This document shows, in pieces, positions 49,850 to 61,913 of a stretch of DNA of 64,000 bases (position 1 is its first letter; each line of letters begins with the position of its first letter). The notes below the pieces were generated by a model, which was not told where the DNA came from, did not search any database, and saw nothing but the letters and a program-made list of their open reading frames with translations. Source of the stretch: Calcarisporiella thermophila CBS 279.70 (lineage: Eukaryota; Fungi; Calcarisporiellomycota); assembly GCF_041956535.1 (NCBI RefSeq), contig NW_027192209.1:260092-324091 (forward strand), read 5' to 3'. The translations under genes were made by a program, and so were the position numbers.

Positions 49850-52112
49850 CTATAGTTGCATTATTCTAGATTCAATTTCCGCGAACATATTCTTGCATCG
49901 CACCCTACTCCCCATTTTGGCGCACAGCAAGAAGGCCCCAGACAATTTTCTATGAAGACTGTAGGTTTCCTCTGGAGGGGGTGTTAACCGGTGTTTCAGC
50001 ATAGTGGGAACGAGTTCTCTGATGCGTTGACTGATTGTTTGGTCAGAAAAGTCGTATAAGTCTGGCGAATCTGCGCGGAATGGTTCACCAAGTGTCATTA
50101 CGCTTTCAACGTGAGCTCGATTCATGACCTCAGTTTCAAGTCCCGTGAGGAAACCAAGCTGCCGTGAATATTCGAGGCAGGCCGCCTGATCTCCAGATCC
50201 TGCAGCTTTGATTACTCGGAAATATAGTTCGGTGAAATGAGAGTCAAACTCTCGACTCGCGCCAAAATCGAGCAAAATGATCTAGAGTAAAGGATGGTAA
50301 GGTTAACCGATATATAGAGATGGTGGGATAGTGTGATAGCCTAGATAAATATGTAATTACTTTCTGATTCTTGGCGTCATACATGAAATTTGACCAGTTG
50401 GGATCTGTTTGCATAAATTGGAATTCAAAGATTTCTCGTAGACATAACCTAAGCAATTCTTCTCCAATCTGCAAGTCCATTAGCTCACTTACTACTGACT
50501 AACCTGGAGCTATTTACTTACTCTATCCCGCACATCCTGCGAGTACCTAGTCGCCTGTACGAGAGGTTCACCCTCCATCATCTCTGCTGTCAGTACACGC
50601 TCAGTCGAAAGTTCTTCTACCACTTTAGGTACCACAAAGGTATTGCTATCCTCTAACAATTCCCCAAATCTTTTCATAGCAGCTGCTTCCCTTACATAAT
50701 CGCATTCCCATCCTAATTCCCTTCTGGCTACCTTGATCGTGTTGTCTAGATATAAGCCACGGGGAAGGAGATTAATATATGCCACCAGTGCTCGTAGATT
50801 ATTAAGGTCTGAGTCGATTGAGGCGGCAACTCCTGGGTATTGAATTTTGACAGCTACAGGAAGGTTTGTTGAACGAATACGTGCACGATGCACCTGACCT
50901 ATGGATGCAGCGGCGAAGGGTATAGGATCAAAGGATGCAAAGTTAGTTTGCCAATCTGAGCCAAGCTCTTTGGACATAACTTTCTATACAGTTAATGCAT
51001 ATTTCCTTTGAGTAAAAAGTTGATTGATAGAATAGAAGAAAAATATCATAATAACCTCCATTTGCCACTGCGGCATATAATTAGCACTATTCTGAACACG
51101 CAGTAATATTTTCTCAATCTCCGGGGGTAGCATGTTATTGTCTGTCATATCATTAGCACATGCTTAGTAAACTTATTGAATAGCACAGTATGTATACCTT
51201 GAATGCTCAACATTTGTCCGAGTTTAAGGGCGGCTCCTCTCATTTTCGAAAGTTTGCTTACTAACAGATCAATATTTCCCTCATTCAAAAATAGAGAGCC
51301 TAGCTTCCTTGTCATTAGATAGTGCCATAATGTACTGTTAATTTGCTACAGCGAACCTTGATTATTTCCACCGAAACCGCGCTTTACAGCTGCACTCATG
51401 GCTCCTACTCCAAGACCTGCCACTAAGCTTCCATAGTGAAACAAGCGGGATGTACGAGATACTGGCATGCGAGATTCCTTAAGGTTATTTGATCCCTGCT
51501 TTATAATAGGGCATAAGAAATATATTAGAGACCGAATAAATATAATATTAATTAGCGTAGAATTGATATAAAAATTGACAGAATAAATACAGGTCTTACC
51601 ATTATCTGCTCAGATTCAAGCGGCTCTGTCCAGATATTTGTATCTAGAGTAGGAATAGCCCTCTGTGATTCTGATGTCTTCGGCATGTTAGCCATATTAG
51701 TGTTCATTTCCTCCCGAGCCTGAATGTTGGGCTCAAGATTGGTTCTGTTGGATTTATTTCCCTTCAATTCTGAAAATTGCCGATCTAATATGTCATTGTA
51801 CTGATTAATTATTTGCTCTTCGAGTAGCGTACTGGGAGCAGGGGGCGTGTCATTTGTCACCGACGAGATTTGTTCCTTTGGCAATGCCTCATGTAAAGCT
51901 TGCACGAATGCTGCGTCTTTGAATTCAGGTATGGTTGATGGTGGCGCTACGGTTGATTCTACTTGAGTTGCTCTCCTCTCCTGTTTCCGCAAGATACTTG
52001 TGGATAACACTCCAATCTCGATTTGCTTGCGCTGCAACTTTACTAACTCGGAGGCAACCGATTGTACTGCTCGCGAGACAAGCACCAGATCGGCCAAATG
52101 ACGCCCAGCCAT
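49850..52112 (-). CDS. COQ8: ABC1/UbiB atypical kinase for coenzyme Q biosynthesis
   Basis: [67 protein letters not shown]. Confidence 0.95.
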
Positions 52113-52324
52113 AGTTTAGCACTTACCAAAGCTATATATTTACAAATAACTTTAGCTTTTTACTACCGGGATGGTTTGTGACTTTAATTGAGATTCTGAA
52201 ATTCATTCTTATACAAAAAAGTTACCAAAGACACGGAAAAATAGGAAAATTAAAATATAACACAGAAATAACATGGCGAAGACATCGTGAATGATACGAG
52301 ATAAGTGCTGGGTAATTCAGTAGA

Positions 52325-54984
52325 CTAGCGCATCTTGAACGCAAGTAGAGGAGCGAGTGAACTTGGGTGGGCGGCCTTATGCATGAACTCATGCTAGCAT
52401 TTGATAATAGAAGTCATATAATCAACTCTGTTAATATGGGATAGGTTGTACGAATTATGCTATTACTTACCTCCAACAGCTCCATTGCCGTTGCTCTCGA
52501 CTTCACATCCACACATAGACATACTGCCAAAAAACTCTTCAGCTCACGGCTTAGCAACTGTGGTTTTTTAAGGGTTGGGGTGCCATTGGTGGCAATCAAA
52601 TAAAGCGCTTTAAGTGGCTCCTCGTCAAGATAGGGGGGCTCTTTTTCGATCATTTCTATGGCCATAATTCCAAGTGACCAAATATCAACCTTGGCTCCAT
52701 ATTGTTTCTGTTTGACAACCTCGGGTGCCACTATAATATGAATAATAAGGAAGGAGTATTTAAGTATCCTATTTACAAATAAATTGATCGGTTTTTGCGG
52801 ATAACCTACTCCAATAGGGTGTCCCCACCATGGTTGCGCGCTTGGACTTTTGCTCGGTGAGCTTGGCACAGAATCCAAAATCGGTGAGTTTGACCTGACC
52901 TTGAGCAGAAAGAAGTACATTGTCACTTTTGATATCGCGGTGAATTATGTTTTGGGTGTGAAGATGCAGAAGCCCTTTGCACGACTAAAGACCAAAGAAG
53001 AAGATGAAGCCTGATCATTGCTCCGCTATCACAGCAAACAGCAACTAAGGGTACTAACCTCAAGACAAACTCTAGAAATTTGCTCCTCAGTCATATTATT
53101 GTTCTCGATTACGTCTGTAAGAGCACCGCCTTCCATATACTCCATTACAACCCACAGTTCGTTTCCTCTTAACAGAAAAGAGTCTAGGAAATTAACTATG
53201 TTTGGATGCTGATTCTCCTTCATCACCAAAATCTCGTTTACTATTAGCTCTTTACGGGGTTGGTGTGCTATTCGCAAAAATAGAATGAATATAATATTAT
53301 TTTCAATGAATTGACTCTGCTTGCTATTTACCTAAATCGATCTGTTTGATTGCTGCCTTTTTATTTGACATCAAATGCCGGGCAACATACACAGATCCGG
53401 ATGCTCCTTGCCCCACTTTTTTGATCTTACTGTAAATCATATTTGGGTCGCCTTTTGATACCACCGATCGCAATTTCTCCATTATTTGTGCTTCTGACAT
53501 CGTACTGATACGCTGTTCTGCCTTTTTGAGTGTTGTAGCGGAAGGAGGCGTCTTATTTAGTGTTTGCGTTGGTGCGGGTTTCTTATGATCGTTGTAATGA
53601 GATTTCGGTGGTGAAGCAGAGGGTGGAGGTGGACGACGTGAGGCGGCCGAATCAAGTGGAGTACGAGGCGGGATATCATTTCTCTTCAACTCTCGCTTCT
53701 CATACTCTTTCATGCCCTTTCGCTCCACGTATGAGCGCCCTCCTCCAATGTTAGATCGAAATTCATCGGGCTCTCGGCTGGGAGAAATATCACGTGGGCT
53801 TTTTATTGAGCGTTGAAAATAGGAGCTTTGTTGGCGAGGTGGAGAAGATGGCGATGGCAGAGATGAATTAGAAGATAGCGATGTAGAAGAGGGTGAAGAG
53901 GGCGATAATGAGGCTGGAGAAGGTGATGGAGGCCTGAGCCGACTTGATACAGTATGAGGGCTTAGTCTAGGAGATATGGTAGGAGAAAGCTGTGAGATGT
54001 GAAGCTTATCGAATTTAGGAATATCGAGTGTTAGCATGGGACGAGGTGGCCGACTAGGGGTAGTATTCTAAAATAAAATATACGATTAAAGAAAGTATTG
54101 ATTAGTGCTAGTGCAGGGAAATAGTACCCCATCCTCTGGGAACAGTTTCCGCGAAATGTCTTTTCCGTTTGAATTTTTCAAAGCTGCCTCATAAATGTTT
54201 GATTCCACGAATCCTGAATCTAAGGCTTTTGCAGCCGGTTTTTGTCGAGGCGAAGGCGTTTTGGCGAAGTTTACAAAGTCTGCTTCATCAAAGGTGGGTA
54301 AAAGATTTAATAATCCAGCTCCAAACGGCTCCTCTCCTTTATCCTTGCGTTGCTGGTCAATGTAAAATTCAAGCACATCAAGCACTGCCTGTGGATTTTT
54401 AGCATAATCTTCTTGTGTGATATGTGAACTCTTAAGGAGTTGTGCCCACGAGTCAGGTAAACCTGTAAACATGCCATTATTCGGATCGAATCCAACGTGA
54501 GTAAGGTGTTGGAAATTTGTTGGGCCTGATGCGCCCAAAGGGGAAAGCTGGAAGAGGGATGGGTGTAGTGTACGCAAATTTAACAAATGGCGAAGGTGCA
54601 GAAGAAAACTAGACCTTATTACCTTATATATTTCATCCATCCACGAATATAGCTCCTCATCATTCTTACACGAGATATAAAAGGTTTTGTCACGTGTTGA
54701 AAGCTCAAAACAATATGGCTTCAGCTCGGTTCGACTGACCACAGTAATTTCATGCATAGCTACTGCCGCGAGTGCCTGGTTGGTTGGTTGCTATTAGGGA
54801 AGAAATTTACATTTCTCAATAAAGAGACATCAGAAGATTTAAGGAGATTACATCAACTCACTTCATTTCTGTAGAAACGTAATACCTTCTCGTCCAGGAC
54901 AAGATACCGCTTACTCCAGATCCAAGAACGCAGACCATCTTCCTTCACTTGCAAAAAGCCCGTCATAAGTTCACGGAGGGTCAT
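52325..54984 (-). CDS. CLA4: PAK kinase with PH and CRIB domains (Cla4/Skm1-type)
   Basis: PH ([17 protein letters not shown]...W), CRIB ([15 protein letters not shown]), kinase ([26 protein letters not shown]). Confidence 0.9.
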
Positions 54985-55577
54985 TATGAATACCTCTATA
55001 TACTTAAAGCTTATATAAAATACGAGAACTATAAAATTTGCTGTGTCGATAAAATTAGGGTATGCGCAAGGTAAAGTGAGAGAAAGGCTCTTTTGAATGA
55101 GTAAGATGTCCAGATGAACGTAATAAAAAGTTCTTTTTCTTCAAACTAAACAAATGGAGAGAGGAACAGGCTTGCAACAAGTGCAAAGTGGGTAAGAATA
55201 TATGATAAGAGAATAAAGATGGAGGTTAATTAGATATAGCTAGTATTGCTAAGGAGACTACTGTAGATGTAGAATGGGGAATAAGATGCATATGCAACAG
55301 TCATATTAATAACAAAACAAAAAAAGAAAGAAAGAAACGGGGGATGCAAGTCTTAATTATATAAACTAACAAAATCTCGCGATGTAAATGTAAAGTTTAT
55401 TACCCCGCTCTGTGATTCGCTACCTTGTTAAGACAAAATGAAAAAAGCCGTATTAAATGAAAATCATCCTCTTAGATTCTATTACTTCCATTTTAATTTT
55501 CAATTGAAATAGATAAAATCGAAGACAATAAAATGTATATATATATATATTTATGTTAAAATAAAATAAAATAGATT

Positions 55578-56772
55578 TCATCGATGCTTTTTCCCATTTA
55601 TATGTTCTGCTGAGTGGCTAATCTCATTAGAAAGTCGTCTTACAGCACGATTTGCCTCTGTAACCCGCCGCTTCTTCTCCATTTTCGCAAGTTTCTCCGC
55701 TCGCTTCACATAGGCCTCGAGGCCGATTCCTAAGTAAAATAAAAAAAAATGAGATAGAGAAAAAAATGAAAAATATTATCTATCCAGCCATCATACCAGC
55801 AAAAACTAAGAAAACTGCACCCCATTGACCTAGTGTTAGCACATGGCCAAAATAAAATACACTTAACACCATCGTAAAGAGTTTCCGTGTGACTGTAACA
55901 GTTACGAGCACCAAGCTGCCGTACTGTTCCAGTGTATAAAAAATAAATAGCTGGCCGCATGCCCCACAACCTGCGAATAGTAAAATGTGCATCACAATTT
56001 TTGGGTGGGTTTGTAAAAACTGAAGAGCGGATGAAAATTCTGGGTTCCACGGATTTAAAAGCCATAGTGCCATGAGCAAGGATGAAAAGAGATTCATATA
56101 GAACATCATCTGTTGACCGGAAACACGATAGCGGTGAAAAACATGATCCTGAGTGGAGTTGGTCACACCATCAATTAGTAGGTTGACAGTTAATAGAAAT
56201 ATACCCCATAAGGAGCTCGAAGCAACATTCTTCTTTTTACTGGGATCCACAGGCTGCAGCAACATGAAAATAGAAACACCGACTGTGACTAAAAACACAG
56301 TAATGTATTTGTGGAGGGGGAAACGTCGACGATATAGAATAATATTCATGAACATAACTGGTACAAGCTAAATTCCAAACGTTAATAGAAGCAAGTAGAC
56401 AGGCATATTCAAATCTTATCGAATCCGACTATTAAATACCTTGCAAGATTTGCCCAAAATCATAGTCGGGTAATCGATATGTTTTAGTGCGGCATAACCG
56501 AATGGAGAGGCGACTGCCTGGAAAAATGCGACTTGAGCATACTGCCCGAGCAATGATGGGCTTCTATCCCCTAGTGGTTGTCGTGTAATAAGAAGGTAGA
56601 AAAAAGCAACGAGAGAAGCAATAAGCGACTGCACGAGGTTAAGGAAGATGAAATGTTTGAAGCGATCTTTGTTTGGGCCGTATGTGGTTGTTGTGACACG
56701 CTCCTGGAGCACTCCCCAAGTAAGGAAGCATGCATAGATTCCTAGGACGCTAAGAGCTAACCTTGCGACCAT
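55578..56772 (-). CDS. HUT1: ER nucleotide-sugar transporter, UAA family (SLC35B1-like)
   Basis: [51 protein letters not shown]. Ends in KKHR, a dilysine ER-retrieval signal. Confidence 0.93.
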
Positions 56773-57416
56773 TTTAAAATTGGTATTCTGTGAGAATTGA
56801 AGGAAAGAATATGGAAAGAAAAGGAGAGAAAGAATTACAAGAGAAATACTAAGAATGTTTTCTTAAAAAATCAAGAAGTTATTCTAACAAATTGTCATTG
56901 ATCACTTTGCAATTATGAAAAAATTAGCGATATAATAAGAGATTAAATTTTAAGGGCAATTCCGTGTTATCAACTGGTTGGTCGATTAATATCTAATATC
57001 TTCACAGTCAAAAGAATTGACAAAATACCAAAGAAAATAGGAAACCAGTTTATAATGATGCTAATATTAAGTAAAAAAGATTAAAAGTGTAATTATACCA
57101 CATAGTTATAGTCTACTGTAGGTTTAAATAATGGGTAATAAAATGCGAGTTTCAGAGGAGATATCAGAAGGTGGCTTAGCTTTTTTCTTTTTCTCAATCG
57201 GCAGGTCGTTGCCTATTATTTCTTTCCTCCTCTCATCCAGTCGTCAACGTACGCACAAGAGGTAAAGTATAGAGCATTGCTAGGGGGTTCTTAATGCATC
57301 TTCCATGATCCATGATGGATGGATGCATTCAGCACTGCCTCGTACTCGGAAGTGGACTTCATCTGTACTAATTTCATTTAATGATGAATCGATTAGACGA
57401 AAGTAATATTTAAGCA

Positions 57417-57971
57417 ATGGCCCAGCGTCTTACTTACCGTCGTCGTCTTTCTTACAACACCCGGTCAAACCGTGTCCGGGTTATCAAGACGCCTGGTAAG
57501 AAAAGCATCTATAATACGATGTAGCGATGAGCGAATCTGTTAATCGTGATATAATTTCCTTAATGTTTTAAAGGTGGTCAGCTCCGCTACTTGCACGAGA
57601 CCAAGCCGGCTAATGGCCCGCGGTGCGGTGACTGTGGCGTGAACCTGCCTGGTGTAAGTTTTGGATGATAATTTTTTCAGATCAAAGCAGTTGCAAATCT
57701 TTATTAATATATCACTTTAGATCCCTTGCCTCCGGCCACGCAAGTATGCTACTCTCTCCAAGCGTCAGAAGACTGTCAACCGGGCTTATGGAGGCAGCCG
57801 TTGCTCTCACTGTGTCCGCAACCGGTAAGAATGGCTTTACAATATTTGCGATCGGTATTATTTGCTGATTGTTTATCGTACTGATTTTATAGTGTTGTCC
57901 GTGCATTCCTTATTGAGGAACAAAAGATTGTGAAAAAAGTACTCAAAGCCCAGAAGACTGGCAAGCAATAA
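57417..57971 (+). CDS. RPL34: 60S ribosomal protein L34 (eL34), 4 coding exons plus a probable 5'-UTR intron (57262-57396)
   Basis: [54 protein letters not shown]. Confidence 0.97.
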
Positions 57972-58681
57972 ATAGGCTAATAAATATATCTATACTTTTT
58001 TCAACTTCATTGCGCTATTTTCTCATCTTGGATAAATGTTTGTCGCTCTCCCCCAAGTGTTCTCAAGCCAATCGCTACGCTAGTAGCAAAAAGTACAGTA
58101 AACTCTCAAAATAGTCGAATGCGGCATTTTCCAGCATCTAAAGATTTGACTCAATCCCGAACGCTTTCATTTTGCACTTTATTTGCCTATTTCGTCCTTG
58201 AATGCCCATGTGGCATAGGCAAAGTTTGAATCAGAATTAATATGTATATTGGGGAATAATGAATTAACGCTTAATAATGAGCAAATGACGATTCAAGGCC
58301 GAACTGCATTGCCAAATCTATGTTGTCTATAGATTGATTTTTAAGAGAAAAACAGATTTCCTGTAGTACTGAAATCGTAAGGGCTTTGCCCATAATTACA
58401 AACTATTTCGCGGTGAAAGAGAAATTGTAAAATGTGCCCATCTTGATTAACCTTGTAATATGCTTATGCATGTTTAAGCTTCCATTGAAAAAAAAAAAAG
58501 AAAAAAAGAAAAATGTAAGCTGAAAGTTGTATTTTTTTTTTACTTAGCTTTTATTTTCTTTTATCCAAATGCACAAATGCGTATATATATCCTATAAAAA
58601 AATTTATATAACACGAATCTTTCAATTTGAACTCGTAAAGCAAAGTAATATCTTTTTTGCCAGTATTATTTTAATAAAAAT

Positions 58682-61600
58682 ATGGCTGAGCGTGGCAATG
58701 AGCCTGAGAGATTTACGTCAAAAGAAAGTCAAATTGCCGACGTCCCCGTCAGTGTCCAAATCCAGCATCAATCGCCTGATATTCCACATGTAGTTCTAGG
58801 CAGTTCAAACAAAGATAAAACTGGCAATGTCGAGTTTGAGGTAAGTTCCTGAGCACAAGTGTCTGCTTGTGAGTATGGAATTAAAAGAACCCAATATATA
58901 AATTAAGGAATATGCACATGTTGAACACAAGGACGAAATCTCTCCTGAGCTCGAAGAACTCTTGCATACAGACCCTAAATACGGTTTAACTACGGGAGAA
59001 GCCATCTCTCGCCTTAATAAGTTTGGTCGCAACATGCTCGAAGAGAAGAAAACTAATCCATTCCTAAAATTCCTGAGCTTCTTCACGGGGTCAATTGCTT
59101 ATTTAATCGAAGTTGCTTTTATTCTATCCATAGTCGCAAAGGATTGGGTTAGTTGTGGGATTATACTCGGACTGCTCATTGTCAATGCAGTGATCGGATT
59201 CGTGGAAGAGTATCGCGCAGAAAGTGCCCTCGATGCTCTCAAACAAAATCTCGCTCTCAAAACGCGTGTCTGGCGCGATGGTGCGTTGACAGAGCTAAAT
59301 GCCACAGAATTGGTACCCGGCGACATTATAGCTCTGCGATTAGGCGATGTTATACCGGCCGATTCAAGGTTGCTTGGAATTGGAGTGAACCAGGAACCGA
59401 CCGAGGGTGACTTGCTTGTAGATCAATCGGCATTAACAGGAGAATCGCTCCCCGTGACAAAGAACAAGGATAGCATCGTGTACTCGTCCTCTGTCATCAA
59501 ACAAGGTCAACAGATGGCTGTGGTTATCAAGACCGGCTCCAATACGTTTATTGGTCGCGCCGCCAACCTTATCTCAATCACTAAAGAGGAGGGACATTTT
59601 CAAAAAATCATCAACAAAATTGGTAATTTTTTGATGATTATCTCAATAATGATGGTGGTTATCTTGTTAGCATATCACCTTGCAATTACACGGGCCAGGA
59701 ATCCACTGAATTCAATCCAAATGGTGCTTATTTTGGCCGTCGCTGCTATCCCAATTGGATTACCCACAGTCATGTCTGTAACAATGGCATTTGGAGCAAA
59801 GCAACTTGCACGCAAGAAAGTCATCGTTAGACGCCTTACTTCTATTGAAGAAATGGCCTCGGTTTCTGTATTATGCTCCGACAAGACTGGAACTCTCACG
59901 CTTAATGAACTCACATTTGACGAACCATATCTTTGCCCCGGATTTACTCCTGATGACATTCTACTCTATTCCTTCCTGGCTGCAGAGCCCGGCACAAATG
60001 ATCCTATCGAGTCTGCTGTCTGTCGAGCAGCAGAAACAAATCTCCAAGCGCTCAAAAGCAGTAAAATTAGGCATCAAATTCCAGGTTACAAGATCACCTC
60101 CTTCTTGCCATTCGACCCCATAATTAAAATGACGCGAGCCACTGTGATCAACACGGAGACAAACATGGTGTTCAAGGTTGCAAAGGGTGCGCCACAAGTA
60201 ATAATAAAACTTGTCGGAGGAAACGACGAGGCTGTTCGAGCAGTTAATTCATTTGCACGACGCGGTTTGCGTGCTTTGGGTGTAGCACGTACTGTCCCAG
60301 GAGATTTGGAAAGATACGAACTTATAGGCATGATTTCATTTTTGGATCCGCCCCAACCAGACTCTGTTGCTACTATCGCAGAATGTGCACGCCTAGGAGT
60401 TGATATCAAAATGATTACAGGTGATCAACTTATCATTGCCAAAGAAGTAGCGCAGCGACTCGGTATGCAGCGTGTTATTCTTGATGCAAATCATCTCGTT
60501 GAACCAAGCAAGACTGAGGAGTTTGTGACAAACCAGTGTGTCCGTGCCGATGGCTTTGCTCAAGTGATCCCGGAGCATAAATACCGCGTTGTAGAACTAC
60601 TGCAAAAAAAGGGGTTCCTTGTTGGTATGACGGGGGATGGTGTGAATGACGCACCAGCCTTAAAAAAGGCAAATGTTGGTATTGCAGTACATGGGTGCAC
60701 TGACGCTGCACGTTCAGCTGCCGATATTGTATTGTTAGCTCCAGGACTTTCTACGATAGTAGATGGCATAAAAACTTCACGAGCAATTTTTCAGCGGATG
60801 CGTTCATATGCTCTTTACCGGATCACTTCCACTATTCATTTTCTCATCTTTTTCTTCTTGATAACGCTTATCGAAGTGTGGAACATGCCCCCAATCCTAC
60901 TCATTCTCATCACTGTGTTGAATGACGCAGCCACCATTGTGATTGCATGGGATAACACGCAGATCTCATCTCGCCCGGACAAATGGAGACTTGGACAGCT
61001 GGTATTTTTGAGCACCGTGCTTGCATTTTGTTTATCTGCAATGTCGTTTGTGCATTTTTATATTGCTCGCGATATCTTTCATGTTACAGACAAACAGTTG
61101 CATACGATCATGTATCTGCACATCTCGTCTTGCCCACATTTTGTGATATTTTCAACTCGTATACCCGGATACGTCTGGCAAAACCGGCCATCTTTAATAT
61201 TTACTGTGGTGATTTTGGCCACACAGATAATTGCAATGTAAAGTTAACACCCATCATTTTTATTCTTATGTTCTAGGGATCGTTGACATCTTTTCTCTCC
61301 TCTCTTACTTTATAGGCTTGTATCTATTTACGGCGTCACTGGACACGAACATCTTATAGAACCAATCGGCTGGATCTGGGGTATTTCTATCATGGCTATA
61401 TCGCTTGCGTACATGTTTGTGCTTGATTTCGTAAAAGTATTGATATTCCGGTAAGGGATCCATTATGGTTCCATAGAATTACACTTGATTCTCATTTCAC
61501 ACGGTTAATTTTTTATAGCTGGTGGAATTTTGAAAAAACCGTTCTGCTCTGGCCATCTCCAGCGCGACGTCGAAAACTCTCTCAAAAGAAGCTGGAAGTA

Positions 61601-61738
61601 GAGCACCGTAAATATATTAAACAGTTAAAATCCCGTGTTCGTAAATCAATTCCGATTGCGGTCGCCTTACAAGCACTCCGTGATGTGGAGGAATCAGGTA
61701 TTGCCTCAAGCGCTAAACATGGAAAGTCAATGATGTAG
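58682..61738 (+). CDS. PMA1: P3A plasma-membrane H+-ATPase
   Basis: DQSALTGES, CSDKTGTLT, KGAP, MITGD, GDGVNDAPALKKA, and the proton-acceptor Asp in LNDAAT. Three introns. Confidence 0.95.
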
Positions 61739-61913
61739 GAGAAGTTAATCCTAATTAATTTGGGTTCACCGATTAATTTTGCACCCATGTTTGAAAGTGA
61801 ATTTTACAAATGGAAAGCAATTATATTAATAAAATATATTTGGTTCAGGATTATATCTATTCAAAAATAAGAACATTTAAGACATAATGATACAAATAAA
61901 GATGGAGAATAAA

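Noticed and set aside
57381-57387. ATGATGA as a C-box of an intronic snoRNA in RPL34
   Set aside because: It lies between branch point and acceptor, with no downstream D box inside the intron.
58094-58110. TACAGTAAACTCTC resembling a Tc1/pogo terminal repeat
   Set aside because: I found no matching inverted partner or transposase nearby.
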